64,000 nucleotides of DNA from a virus. The position numbers and the translations under genes were made by a program. The notes under the pieces were generated by a model. The model was given only the letters and a program-made list of their open reading frames with translations. It had not been told where the DNA came from and ran no database searches. Shown here one piece after another: positions 27,134-37,087 of this stretch; within the stretch, counting starts at the first letter, position 1; each line of letters starts with the position of its first letter. Where the stretch lies: IMG/VR virus record IMGVR_UViG_3300017917_004642, positions 1-64,000 of that record. The stretch is one strand, 5' to 3'.

Positions 27134-28531
27134 ATGTGCGGAATACTATTAACTAATGATGGATCTGAAAAGGTTCTAAATTCAATTCAACACAGGGGAA
27201 TTGAAAAAAGCGTGATTGAAAAAAATGGATTCTTTTTATGCCACCATAGATTACCGATCCAAACTTCTGACGGTGACGACTGGAATCAGCCCAGAGAAAT
27301 ATCACCCGGTGTATTTCTTATGTTTAATGGCGAGATATTCAATTATGAAAAATCTAACTATAGCTCCGACATCGAATACCTCTGTTCAATCTTCAGCATG
27401 TATAAAGGTGGATCCTTCCAGATGTTTTGTGCTATGTTTCTGCCGAGAATACAAACGTGGGACGGGTTTTGGTCGATTGTAATATACGACTCAAACAATA
27501 AGGAAGTAATTGCATTTACAGATCCACTCGGCAAGAAGTGTTTATATTATAATCAGGATGGCGAGATTTCTTCCGAGATTAAAAGTTTATATCATTCACA
27601 AAGTCCAGTTGATGAGCACTTTATAAGTTCAGTTAGAAAATGGGGATACGTGACAAACGATTCTACCCCCTTCGGAGACGTAAAAAGATTCCTGCCAAAT
27701 AACATCTATCACTACAGTCTGGACAATCCTGATTTTAAGATAACATACCCCAATTATTATAAGGGTTTTGAACACCCAATCGAGGAGCTTAAAGGATGCA
27801 CATACGAAGAACATTTAGAATGGCTGTGGAATAAAATGTTTGAATCCGTTCAGAATAGACTTGTTTCAAAGAATTATCCCATTTCTCTTCTGGTATCTGG
27901 TGGATTAGATTCATCGATAATTGCTGCAATACTTTCAGAGCTAAATGCAGATGTAAAATGGTTTAGCATCGAAAACGGAGAAAAAGAGTACATAGACATT
28001 CTAAGGAAGCATCTTAATAAGGAGGTTACATTCCTTGATTACAGTATGGACGATTCAATCGTTAAAGAAATATACCAAATCTGGAACGAAGGACCGATAG
28101 ATCTAGGATCTGTTATTCCTCAATACCACTTGTTTGAGGCTGTAAAAAAATTCGGTGGTTATCGTATTGTTTTAAGCGGAGACGGATCTGATGAACTCTT
28201 TGGTGGGTATAGCAGAATCAACGAATACGATTCACAGAAGTCAGATGTCTTTGACGAGCTTTCTTTTTACCATCTGCCGAGACTTGATAAAATGTCAATG
28301 GCCCATACATTGGAATTAAGAAGTCCTTTCTTACATCTTGATATTGTAAGGTTTGCCCTTCACCTTCCTTTGGAGTGGAGAAAAGGTAAACAGATCCTTA
28401 AAGATACTTTTTCACCTCTACTTCCTTCTGAGATTGTTGACAGAAAAAAAGAAGCTTTAAAGAATCCAAAGATCAAAGCTGATAAACTTGCATATCGTCA
28501 GCATGCTGTTGATCTATTTCTAGATCTTTAA
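27134..28531 (+). CDS. asnB: Asparagine synthetase B-like glutamine amidotransferase
   Basis: Ntn N-terminus MCGI, HRG, HRL, FNGEIFNY, DPLGKK.LYY; PP-loop SGGLDSS; SGDGSDELFGGY; ELRSPFL. Confidence 0.9.
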   Translation: MCGILLTNDGSEKVLNSIQHRGIEKSVIEKNGFFLCHHRLPIQTSDGDDWNQPREISPGVFLMFNGEIFNYEKSNYSSDIEYLCSIFSMYKGGSFQMFCAMFLPRIQTWDGFWSIVIYDSNNKEVIAFTDPLGKKCLYYNQDGEISSEIKSLYHSQSPVDEHFISSVRKWGYVTNDSTPFGDVKRFLPNNIYHYSLDNPDFKITYPNYYKGFEHPIEELKGCTYEEHLEWLWNKMFESVQNRLVSKNYPISLLVSGGLDSSIIAAILSELNADVKWFSIENGEKEYIDILRKHLNKEVTFLDYSMDDSIVKEIYQIWNEGPIDLGSVIPQYHLFEAVKKFGGYRIVLSGDGSDELFGGYSRINEYDSQKSDVFDELSFYHLPRLDKMSMAHTLELRSPFLHLDIVRFALHLPLEWRKGKQILKDTFSPLLPSEIVDRKKEALKNPKIKADKLAYRQHAVDLFLDL

Positions 28532-28548
28532 TAACTCAAACCTAGGAA

Positions 28549-28556
28549 GATATATA
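28549..28556 (+). promoter_or_regulatory. Putative late promoter GATATATA, within the GAAGATAT...ATATCTTC inverted repeat
   Basis: Intergenic, recurrent octamer. Confidence 0.6.
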
Positions 28557-28577
28557 GCTTAAATATCTTCTATTTCG

Positions 28578-29270
28578 ATGATTAAAAAATTTGGCGAATT
28601 CGTAAAGAAGCCTGTTAATGAAGCGGATCTTTTTTCGTGGGATACTGTAACATCTCTATTTGGTAAGGGATTGGATGCCGTGTCCGATGTGGTTAAATCG
28701 AAAGTAGTATCTACTCTATTATCTAAATTAGGAATTAAAGAAGGTACTATTTTTAGTAAGCTAGTTGAAAATTTCGTAGAGACAATTCCAGTTGGAGATT
28801 ATTACTCTTTAATGTTTAAAGGTAAGGCAAGTGCTCCTTACTTAGCTCCAAAGGCTGCTCAGGCAACGATTGAATTCCTTATGGAAAAAGGAGTTGATGG
28901 TGTAGCAGAAAGTCTTGGTATAGAAAAAGATGGACTTATCTACAGAACAGTCTCTGAAATGATAACTAACGAAACATCTAGAGAAAATTTCAAAAAGACT
29001 TTAGAAAAATTCTACTTGGAAATATTTGGAGGCATAGAGCCTACGTCAGTAGAACAATTCAAAAAAGATCTAAGCTCTGATGAAAAAACACAGATTATGT
29101 CAAGCTTAGAGAAAACTGCAAAATCACAGGGTACTGATCTAAAAGACCAGGATGCAAAACAGGGTATGTTTGATTCGTTCTTTGGTAATCTTGCAACCGC
29201 ATCTAATGCAAATATGGCCCAATCATCAACAACCTCAGGTGATTTTTTCAAAAATTTAACCGGAAAATAA
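28578..29270 (+). CDS. Hypothetical, probable head protein
   Basis: N-terminal MIKKFGEFVKKPVNE motif. Confidence 0.7.
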   Translation: MIKKFGEFVKKPVNEADLFSWDTVTSLFGKGLDAVSDVVKSKVVSTLLSKLGIKEGTIFSKLVENFVETIPVGDYYSLMFKGKASAPYLAPKAAQATIEFLMEKGVDGVAESLGIEKDGLIYRTVSEMITNETSRENFKKTLEKFYLEIFGGIEPTSVEQFKKDLSSDEKTQIMSSLEKTAKSQGTDLKDQDAKQGMFDSFFGNLATASNANMAQSSTTSGDFFKNLTGK

Positions 29271-29280
29271 AACAACAAGC

Positions 29281-29634
29281 ATGAATATAAATGATGTTTC
29301 AAAAAGAGAAATCCTAGACTTTAAGCAGTTTCTCGGTAAAGTTATGGACAATACATACAAACCTCTTTCTCCAGAGAATCAAAAAGATAGTTCGGATAGA
29401 ACTGGTTTACATGTAATTAAACGCGAACCAGCTTACGATTGGGTAGGATATGCAAATGCAGTATTTAGTCCAGATCAGGCAGGTATAGAAGTTCCAGGTT
29501 ACAATGCTACAGACAACAGACAATATGTCAACGCTATCGGTGGTGTTGGTATCGTTCAAAAGATTGCAAATGCTATCAAAGCAAACGAATCTGAAGAAAT
29601 TGATTCAACTCTTAAAAGATTGAAAGATTTCTAA
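29281..29634 (+). CDS. Hypothetical, probable head protein
   Basis: EILDFKQF motif; followed by a terminator. Confidence 0.7.
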   Translation: MNINDVSKREILDFKQFLGKVMDNTYKPLSPENQKDSSDRTGLHVIKREPAYDWVGYANAVFSPDQAGIEVPGYNATDNRQYVNAIGGVGIVQKIANAIKANESEEIDSTLKRLKDF

Positions 29635-29651
29635 TCACAAATTGATTTTTT

Positions 29652-29684
29652 AAAAAGGACAGGTTTTGGAACTTGTCCTTTTTT
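29652..29684 (+). terminator. Rho-independent terminator overlapping a GGAACT promoter motif
   Basis: AAAAAGGACAGGTT-ttgg-AACTTGTCCTTTTT. Confidence 0.8.
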
Positions 29685-29701
29685 GTTTTCTATGACTCTG
29701 C

Positions 29702-30373
29702 ATGCATAGGATTAAACTCGTTCACATTTTAACCGAAATTGATGCACAAAGAGAAATTGCTTCTGTTGAATCCGTCTCTGGAGTTTCTGAATATGGTGTG
29801 GATTACATTAAACAAGTCAACACCAGGTACAAAGGTGACGGATGGAAAAATACTCCTGCAATAAGTCAAAGCCAATTCACTAACCACGGACCGGGTCATT
29901 TCGGTGCTTTTCAATCTTTCAAGAAAGCAATCATAGATAATTTCACACCCGATGTAGATGCTCTAGTTTTATGTGAGTGCGATTGCATCATAGAAACATC
30001 GCTTGATTTCTTTGTAAAAAAACTTAGTGATGGTATCGATTTTTGCAACCGCTATCAAATAGAATATCTTTCCTTGGGATCAAGGTTTGTAAATGGTTTT
30101 TTGCAATCCCCAGTCATTGAAGAGATAGAAAGTTATCCTGATTTTTATGTCACAAATAAAATCATACTTGCCCACTGTCTTGTTCTACCACAGAGGTCAA
30201 GGCAGTTTTTACTGGAAGCTCTAAACAAATATTCCTGGGATAGCCCGGACATCTGGTTCAATGAGGTTTATTGGAGGGAAGGAAGATCCAAATTTGGTAT
30301 CATCAAAGAAAGATTAGCTAGGCAACACGAGGGTTTGTCTTTAATAGATAATGTGTGGAAAGAATCTCAGTGA
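29702..30373 (+). CDS. Glycosyltransferase-like protein (GT-A, GT25-like)
   Basis: GHFGAFQSFKKAI...ALVLCECDC (DxD-like), ILAHCLVL, PDIWF. Confidence 0.6.
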   Translation: MHRIKLVHILTEIDAQREIASVESVSGVSEYGVDYIKQVNTRYKGDGWKNTPAISQSQFTNHGPGHFGAFQSFKKAIIDNFTPDVDALVLCECDCIIETSLDFFVKKLSDGIDFCNRYQIEYLSLGSRFVNGFLQSPVIEEIESYPDFYVTNKIILAHCLVLPQRSRQFLLEALNKYSWDSPDIWFNEVYWREGRSKFGIIKERLARQHEGLSLIDNVWKESQ

Positions 30374-31095
30374 AAATTATCGTTCTGAGTTTCCTGTTTT
30401 TCCATTTCTCTTATAAAAAGCTCTTTTGCAATTTTTAGAATAACCGAATCCTTATTGAAATCCTCTTCGATTTCCATAATTATTGTTCTTGGACATTCTT
30501 TCAATTCCAGGTTTAAATTCTGAACAATCTCGTGAATAAGGAATTCATAAGAAAGAGAGTAATAACTATTCAATAGATTTACTTTCTTCATAAGAACACC
30601 ATTTCCGTTTGCTGCAGAATTCCCAGTGTACCACCAATAGGGAATTACCTCGTCAGTAGCCATATTTCTTAAAAGTAGTATACCTATGTTCTTCTCTGAA
30701 CTTGTAGTTGGTATTTCGAAAGAATTAATTCTTTGCTCTATTTTCTTCCAAATGGAAGCACCAAGATCAGCATATCTGTAAAGACTTGCTAGAGATATCT
30801 CTACGATTTCCTTTAACTCCTCATTTTCTTCCTCCGAGAAAAGAGACGATTCGTAAAACTCGATAACACTTTTCTCACCCTTTGTCAGATTTTGGTTTAT
30901 GAATTCCGATTTTTCTAGAAGACCTTTTGCTAATGCTAATTCTCTAATCATCGAAAAGATCTTTTTAACCGGCGTGTAAATGTCATCTCTTTGAATGTCT
31001 TCATTCACGCTTTGCAAAAAATCTAAAAGGACGTACTGCTTGTGCTCCGAATCTATTGGATGGTGGAGAAACCATGTTGTTTTAATCTCTTTCAT
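30367..31095 (-). CDS. Hypothetical protein
   Basis: 242-aa minus-strand ORF with no plus-strand alternative; CATATATA upstream on the minus strand. Confidence 0.75.
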   Translation of the reverse strand: MKEIKTTWFLHHPIDSEHKQYVLLDFLQSVNEDIQRDDIYTPVKKIFSMIRELALAKGLLEKSEFINQNLTKGEKSVIEFYESSLFSEEENEELKEIVEISLASLYRYADLGASIWKKIEQRINSFEIPTTSSEKNIGILLLRNMATDEVIPYWWYTGNSAANGNGVLMKKVNLLNSYYSLSYEFLIHEIVQNLNLELKECPRTIIMEIEEDFNKDSVILKIAKELFIREMEKQETQNDNFH

Positions 31096-31212
31096 GGCTA
31101 GTAAATTTTGTTCACACTATATATGACACAATAAAAAAAAGACTTGAGAGATTTTAATATCCATTTTCAATTTTCGATATATAATACATAAAAAAGTGTC
31201 CCAACTACAACT

Positions 31213-31647
31213 ATGCCAAGAATACAAGATTATGTAGATTTCAGTGTACAGAAAAAGAAATTGGTTTCTTCTGAATACTCTTTTTCAGCTGAAATTGATT
31301 ATTTGGACATTAATGTTATAAATAGACCACCAGAACTTTCAGATATTGATGACATAAAATGCGAGATTGAATATGATGCTTCAATAGTCAGAAAAAAAAC
31401 TGGAATCGAGGATATTAATTTCAAGGTTAAGCTTATTGAACTTGAAATGAAGGTTGATGACTACCCAAACGACCCAAAAGAGTTTGAGTTTGATATATTT
31501 CCTGGTGGAAATATTAACGAAAATAGCGTGGTGATCAAGAGAAGAGAAAAGCTAGTTCCTTCCTCACCGACAATGCTTAACATAGATATGAGAAAATCTA
31601 TGAATGTTTCCGATTTTAAAATCGATGTATATTTTGGAAATGATTGA
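31213..31647 (+). CDS. Hypothetical protein
   Basis: ORF downstream of GATATATA at 31176. Confidence 0.7.
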   Translation: MPRIQDYVDFSVQKKKLVSSEYSFSAEIDYLDINVINRPPELSDIDDIKCEIEYDASIVRKKTGIEDINFKVKLIELEMKVDDYPNDPKEFEFDIFPGGNINENSVVIKRREKLVPSSPTMLNIDMRKSMNVSDFKIDVYFGND

Positions 31648-32560
31648 TAGATCCATAATTTTAAATTTCTCCGACTTTAATCTTTTGAACGAGTCATATT
31701 CAGCCGGGAAAAAAAATTTAGGTATTATCGGACCTCTTGCAAACTGGTCCATGAAGATCCAAGCTTATCCCGAGCCAAATAATGGAATGATTGGGTATGC
31801 ATTAGATGAAGATGCAATCGAGTTATTCCACGGCAACCATAAATTGAAAATTCCGTCTAAATACTGTAACTTCGAAAAGAAGCCAGAATATCTAGTAGTT
31901 GAAATTAAGCCACATACAAAGTGGATCGATTCAGCAAACTCTAGAGAAGATCTAGAGAATTTCATAGAGGAATATGTAAATTTAAAAACAAAGCAAAATC
32001 TAGATCCAGCTCAATCCGTTAGCGATGATATAGAAATGATCATAGATCTTTTAGGTCTTGATGCAAAGGTTAAAAGTTGCAATCGCTCCAGGGATAATTT
32101 CTTCGAAGCTGACCTGGATAATGGAATGCAAATTGAATTAAAGAAAGGTCAAAACGAAGACCTGTTCAAGAATTTCAAAATCTATCGTGACAGCACTTCT
32201 AGATTTCCTGATGTGAAAATAAAAAGATCTGGTGTTGGCAAGGTTGGTGAATTTAGAACTAAAATGGGAGAATTCACTGAATCTGGTGATTCGATAAGTG
32301 ATCTCTTCAAACAGCCCTGCACCAAATATCTAATACAGAATTCACTGGGATCTGCAGACGAAGAAACAAAAAACGACCTTCTTTCCCATTATAAGAACCT
32401 TCTTAAGCATCATGAATTTTACAAAGAAGATTCGTCACACAACTTAGTAAAACATGAAATGGAGAAACAAGAGATCTCCCGTGTAAAAAGGATATTATCC
32501 AATAGCCTATCCGAAGAAGATTTAGAAAAGATCTATAACGAATTTAGATGTTCTAAATAA
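31640..32560 (+). CDS. Hypothetical, probable head protein
   Basis: IILNFSDFNLLNE motif; ATG at 31640 overlaps the upstream stop. Confidence 0.7.
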   Translation: MIDRSIILNFSDFNLLNESYSAGKKNLGIIGPLANWSMKIQAYPEPNNGMIGYALDEDAIELFHGNHKLKIPSKYCNFEKKPEYLVVEIKPHTKWIDSANSREDLENFIEEYVNLKTKQNLDPAQSVSDDIEMIIDLLGLDAKVKSCNRSRDNFFEADLDNGMQIELKKGQNEDLFKNFKIYRDSTSRFPDVKIKRSGVGKVGEFRTKMGEFTESGDSISDLFKQPCTKYLIQNSLGSADEETKNDLLSHYKNLLKHHEFYKEDSSHNLVKHEMEKQEISRVKRILSNSLSEEDLEKIYNEFRCSK

Positions 32561-32563
32561 ATC

Positions 32564-32591
32564 GGAACTTTCCACTTTTTGTACGTATAAT
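32564..32591 (+). promoter_or_regulatory. Putative ECF-like promoter, GGAACT-N14-CGTATAAT
   Basis: Intergenic, recurrent bipartite motif. Confidence 0.55.
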
Positions 32592-32658
32592 CTCCAAACG
32601 TGGTTTATCGTGCCAAATCTATACCTAATTAAAGTTTTATTAAAATTTACTAACTAGT

Positions 32659-33300
32659 ATGGAATGGCTAAAGAAATTATTCACAAAAGAAAAAAGAATG
32701 AGCTTAAAGGACAAAAGTTATGATGAGTTAGTTGAATTTCTGCATAATAAAGATTTTCAATGGCTAAAAGGTGATCAAATGGGAAATATCGAAAAGTACA
32801 AAGGTGTTGAAGTTGACACTAGTACTGGTATGACCTTCGTAAGCTTTAAGTCTGGTGGAAGAATGAACGTTGAACTCATTAATGAGTACTTGGATCTTTT
32901 TCCTTCCAATGGAAATGACTTTGGATTACAAAACGATGTTCCACCTGTTAATAAGCAAGCTCCTAAAGTAGCTGAGAAAGATATTCCTGTTACTGCTCAA
33001 CGCAAAAACACTGTATCTGTAGTGGAGCTTGAAGATTCACCGATATATACATTGCTTAAAAAGCAAAAACCTAACTGGGTGAGTGTAAACATTTCTTTGA
33101 AATTAAATTTACCCACGAAAAATCTTTACGGTATCCTTACCTCTTCGTTTGATGAAGCAGAAACTGAGGTGATTAATTACGTCACCGAGGGTATTGATAT
33201 CGAGGATATAAGGGCTGCTTTAAGCGAATCTATCTTATCTTATTACGATAAGAAAAAAACTAATATGTTGCAAAATCAAATTGAAGGTAATGGAGAATAA
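32659..33300 (+). CDS. Hypothetical protein
   Basis: 213-aa ORF; alternative start at 32698. Confidence 0.75.
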   Translation: MEWLKKLFTKEKRMSLKDKSYDELVEFLHNKDFQWLKGDQMGNIEKYKGVEVDTSTGMTFVSFKSGGRMNVELINEYLDLFPSNGNDFGLQNDVPPVNKQAPKVAEKDIPVTAQRKNTVSVVELEDSPIYTLLKKQKPNWVSVNISLKLNLPTKNLYGILTSSFDEAETEVINYVTEGIDIEDIRAALSESILSYYDKKKTNMLQNQIEGNGE

Positions 33301-33871
33301 AACATTTTTCGAAAACGATTCATTTAAACTTGTTGAAAGGAACGGAATGGTTGGAATTATTCCACTTTTTACAAATGTCGTTGTAATGCCTTTTATTTCT
33401 GACGAGCAAGGCTTACCTCTTTCTATTGGTGTGCTAAAAGAACCAAACCCCTTTAGAGACGGCGGAATGTCAGTTTGTTTGATAACAGGAACTTCTGATG
33501 AGGATGATCCAGATCTTTTGTCGACCGCCAAAAGAGAATTAAAGGAAGAGAGCGGATTTGATGTACCAGATAATTCTAGATGGTATTTCCTTGGGTCTGT
33601 TACATCTTCTAAATTCGTAGATCATGAGCAGCCATGTTTTGCAGTAGATGTTACTGGTATAGAAAAAGGTGAACCACAGCCTGATGACAACGAAAAGGAG
33701 CAAAATATGGAATTTAAATTCATCTCTGCAAATGACGTTGTTAAGGCTAAGGATGTTTTCATCCCTGGGCTATTCCTAAAACTTTTCAAATACGTTTTGG
33801 GAATTGATATCCAGGGTCAAGAACAAGGTTTTAGCTTAGGTAAAGATAAAGGTTTTAATTTTTCAATTTAA
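33290..33871 (+). CDS. NUDIX hydrolase
   Basis: Nudix box GTSDEDDPDLLSTAKRELKEESGF. Confidence 0.85.
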   Translation: MENKTFFENDSFKLVERNGMVGIIPLFTNVVVMPFISDEQGLPLSIGVLKEPNPFRDGGMSVCLITGTSDEDDPDLLSTAKRELKEESGFDVPDNSRWYFLGSVTSSKFVDHEQPCFAVDVTGIEKGEPQPDDNEKEQNMEFKFISANDVVKAKDVFIPGLFLKLFKYVLGIDIQGQEQGFSLGKDKGFNFSI

Positions 33872-33872
33872 T

Positions 33873-34211
33873 ATGAGTAGTCAATCAAGACGCCAAAGAA
33901 GGGCAATAGCAAAACAGCTGGGTTATCTGGGCAAAAAAGAATCTGTTACAGAATTTTTAGAAAGAACTAAGAGATCCTCAGATTTTGGAAAGCAGCTTCA
34001 CACGTTACAACTGGAACAGAATATGAACTACCAGTTGGAGAACGAAAGATCGAAAAAGGCGTTACAGGAAATGGATCAGATCCAGCAAGCTATCGTTTCA
34101 AGTCCAAGTGATGAAATTGAAGCAAAATTGGATAGCGAAGCCTTTACCTTTCTGAAAGAAACATACCAAGAAGGTCCAGAGCCTAGTGCTTCTGAACTTG
34201 ATGTTTTATAA
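33873..34211 (+). CDS. Hypothetical protein
   Basis: Tightly packed ORF with a basic N-terminus (SRRQRR). Confidence 0.7.
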   Translation: MSSQSRRQRRAIAKQLGYLGKKESVTEFLERTKRSSDFGKQLHTLQLEQNMNYQLENERSKKALQEMDQIQQAIVSSPSDEIEAKLDSEAFTFLKETYQEGPEPSASELDVL

Positions 34212-34215
34212 AATA

Positions 34216-34551
34216 ATGTCAGATTGTTTGCAAGTAGCTAAGTTCGTTTTAACCAGATGTTCAGTAAAGGAAGCAAAAAAGAAATTTTGTGCCGGTGCTG
34301 ATTTTTATGTGGTTGATATAGGAAAGATAATCCGTGAGCTTGGGTACGATACTTCCTATCTAACACAGGAATCCGAATTTGTTATAAATTACTCCGTTCA
34401 GAAGAAAATTTTACAAGGAATATATAGTACTAGATGTAATGATATCTTAGTTGTGTACAAAAACATCTCAGACGATTTTGTCGATAATCTCAAAGAGTTT
34501 CTCGATGGAAGATCTGAAGAAGGTTTAGAGTACGTAATAGAGATATTATAA
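34216..34551 (+). CDS. Hypothetical protein
   Basis: Tightly packed ORF; start set at ATG 34216. Confidence 0.65.
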   Translation: MSDCLQVAKFVLTRCSVKEAKKKFCAGADFYVVDIGKIIRELGYDTSYLTQESEFVINYSVQKKILQGIYSTRCNDILVVYKNISDDFVDNLKEFLDGRSEEGLEYVIEIL

Positions 34552-34566
34552 AAATAAGTACTATAG

Positions 34567-36480
34567 ATGCCAGGAAGCCAATTCCAAGGAACAAATACAC
34601 CAACCCCAGGAAATACTTTTTCAGTAGCAGATGGATTATTAAATCCAACTCTAAAAGAGTATTGGTTTGGTTCTAGGGAAGCTGCCCAGCAAGAGATATC
34701 TGCTGATATAACTTCTCGGTGGTCAAACTTAGGTAGTGCAAATCCATTAAAGGGTCCAACTGCAAGATCGTTATTTTATAATGCTGCAAATCTTTATGGT
34801 GACGACGCCAAATATGGACAATTTCTCTTTTATTCTTTTTCTAATAACCAGAATACTTTTAGACAAGAATACTATCAATCAGAGCAAACTGAATTTAATC
34901 CATTTATTTCTTCTGTTGCTTCTAAAAACCCATCTGCCGGTGCTTTAGTCAGGGAAACAAACAACAATCTTACTGCAACACAAAGTGACCAAATTGGTAA
35001 CGATGTGAATACTGGAAATAATACCATTGGTAATCCAAGTAAAATTATAGGCGGAGCATCGGCTCCCTATTACTGGAGAGATTTTTTATATTGCAAGTAC
35101 TATGGTGCAATTCCAAATAACTACATGATTACTTTAAGAAGATTCCCTGCTCCAATGCGGGACAATCTATCAATCCCAACACAGTTGTTACAAAGTAATC
35201 TTTACAGAAAAAAAGGAGCAGGAAGACCTGTAGCACAGGCAGTTACCTGGTGGGGACCAAATACCGGAAACAGCTTAAATGATGTAGTTTCATTTACTAC
35301 CGGATTAAATTGGGATTCCAAAACTCAAGCTGAGATAGCAAATGTCGAAGGATTTGATCAGGGATTCTTTAAAACTGTTTTAGGTAGGGCTTTTGGAGCG
35401 GCAGCAGGAGCAGTTGGTGGAGCTGGTGTTTTAGCAGCAATGGGAGATGCAGCATCTGTAGTAATTGCTTCAACTGATAGCGGAAGATCTGAAATTACGA
35501 TGCCTAAGATCAACCAGGCTTTGCGTGATAAATTCAGCACAAACAACGGTCCATTATCTGATTTCATTTTTAATCCAGTAGATACAGTCGATTCAACTTA
35601 TTTCAGAGCAAGAGGGCTTAATTTTCAAGCTGGCCCAATTGATTTAAAATTCCACTATGAACTAACTTCTGTTGGTGAGGTTAACACCAAAGCTGCAATG
35701 GTGGATATTATCGGAAATCTATTAGCACTTGGAACAAACTATGGAAACTTCTTAACCCCAGACGTTAGATACGATAATGGGTTTCCTGCTATTGGATTCC
35801 CTGGTGGCGATAAAGGTCTATTCAAATTTTATTCTGATCCATTAGGTTGGACAAAAAAAGCAATTCAGTATTTAGCAGATCCTAACGGTACAACTAATGA
35901 AGATCCTGAGTTGGAAGAATTTAGAAGAGCACAGACCGAAATTGACCAGTCTGTTCAACAATTGGAAAGTGTAATTAGCCAAATTTCATCCGAAGGTGGG
36001 GACTTGGACAGTTTAGCAAAACAACTTGACGGACCATTGGGTAATATTCTTGCTTATGCACTTGCTGACGATCTTATTGAAAAGGTTGCAGTTCCTTTAT
36101 CTTTGAAGACCGGAGCTCCTGTTGGAGAATGGCATCTTGTAGTTGGCAATCCGATGAACCCTGTTGCTATGATAGGAAACCTCATCTGTAAGGGAGTTAA
36201 GATTGAATTTGGCGAAGTTTTAGGACCTGACGATTTTCCAACCGAGGTTATTGCAACTTTCACTTTAGAACACGGCAGAGACAGAGAAAGAGGCGAAATT
36301 GAGTCAATGTTCAATCGTGGAGATGGAAGATTATATCAAAGTAATTTACCAACTTATTCGAATACGCAATCCCTTGCAAACGTTGCACTTACTGACGGTA
36401 GCAGTATACCTGTAGATCAGACTGATTCTACACTCTCGAATCCTTATGGGTTCTTCAACGATTTCCAATTTGGTAACTAA
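34567..36480 (+). CDS. Structural protein, possibly baseplate/tail-tube junction
   Basis: First gene of the baseplate module; C-terminal beta-rich segment (NLIC..V..FGE.LGPDDFPTE...FTL) suggests a tube fold. Confidence 0.45.
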   Translation: MPGSQFQGTNTPTPGNTFSVADGLLNPTLKEYWFGSREAAQQEISADITSRWSNLGSANPLKGPTARSLFYNAANLYGDDAKYGQFLFYSFSNNQNTFRQEYYQSEQTEFNPFISSVASKNPSAGALVRETNNNLTATQSDQIGNDVNTGNNTIGNPSKIIGGASAPYYWRDFLYCKYYGAIPNNYMITLRRFPAPMRDNLSIPTQLLQSNLYRKKGAGRPVAQAVTWWGPNTGNSLNDVVSFTTGLNWDSKTQAEIANVEGFDQGFFKTVLGRAFGAAAGAVGGAGVLAAMGDAASVVIASTDSGRSEITMPKINQALRDKFSTNNGPLSDFIFNPVDTVDSTYFRARGLNFQAGPIDLKFHYELTSVGEVNTKAAMVDIIGNLLALGTNYGNFLTPDVRYDNGFPAIGFPGGDKGLFKFYSDPLGWTKKAIQYLADPNGTTNEDPELEEFRRAQTEIDQSVQQLESVISQISSEGGDLDSLAKQLDGPLGNILAYALADDLIEKVAVPLSLKTGAPVGEWHLVVGNPMNPVAMIGNLICKGVKIEFGEVLGPDDFPTEVIATFTLEHGRDRERGEIESMFNRGDGRLYQSNLPTYSNTQSLANVALTDGSSIPVDQTDSTLSNPYGFFNDFQFGN

Positions 36481-36485
36481 TAATC

Positions 36486-37085
36486 ATGCTTAACATAGAT
36501 ACACTTTACAGAAATAAAAGTATATTTAATCCCAATAAGGAGTTACAGAACCAAGGGGTTGGTATATGGGATCTTACTGGTGGATCCATGTCATATAGAA
36601 ACATTAATCTTAAGATAACCGGATATCAGCTGGTTAGAGAAGAGTTTCAAATGAGACCGGACCAGATTGCTTTCCAAACGTACGGTGATCTTTCCTACAC
36701 GGGTTCTCTGATGAAGATTAATGGTATATCAAACCCATTTGCAGTCAAAGAAGGAAATCTTTTTGTGATACCTACACAAGAAAGAATTGATGCTGCATTC
36801 GATCTTAAGCAAGCAACTATTTTGCAGTCTAATACTACTAGTAACCCAAACCAGCAATTTAGGAATATTCAAGAGCAAAAGAAATTTAAGATCAGTAATT
36901 CTAGACAAAAGTTTCTTGAACTCAGAGGTAAAGCTAAAAATCCAGTTGCACAAATTATACCTTCCAACTTAACACAAGCAGGGGAAAGACAAACTGTTAG
37001 AACTAATGTTGTAATTGGACTTGCACCTGATGTAAGCAATGCAGCACCAAATCCAGCAGGAAATCTTAATTCCAATCCGACATAA
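36486..37085 (+). CDS. Baseplate wedge protein, gp53/LysM-like
   Basis: MRPDQIAFQTYGD...LMKINGISNPF...G..FVIP. Confidence 0.7.
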   Translation: MLNIDTLYRNKSIFNPNKELQNQGVGIWDLTGGSMSYRNINLKITGYQLVREEFQMRPDQIAFQTYGDLSYTGSLMKINGISNPFAVKEGNLFVIPTQERIDAAFDLKQATILQSNTTSNPNQQFRNIQEQKKFKISNSRQKFLELRGKAKNPVAQIIPSNLTQAGERQTVRTNVVIGLAPDVSNAAPNPAGNLNSNPT

Positions 37086-37087
37086 TT

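Noticed and set aside
33042-33049. GATATATA inside the gene at 32659
   Set aside because: About 240 nt from the next start with no evident internal start; may be chance in AT-rich DNA.
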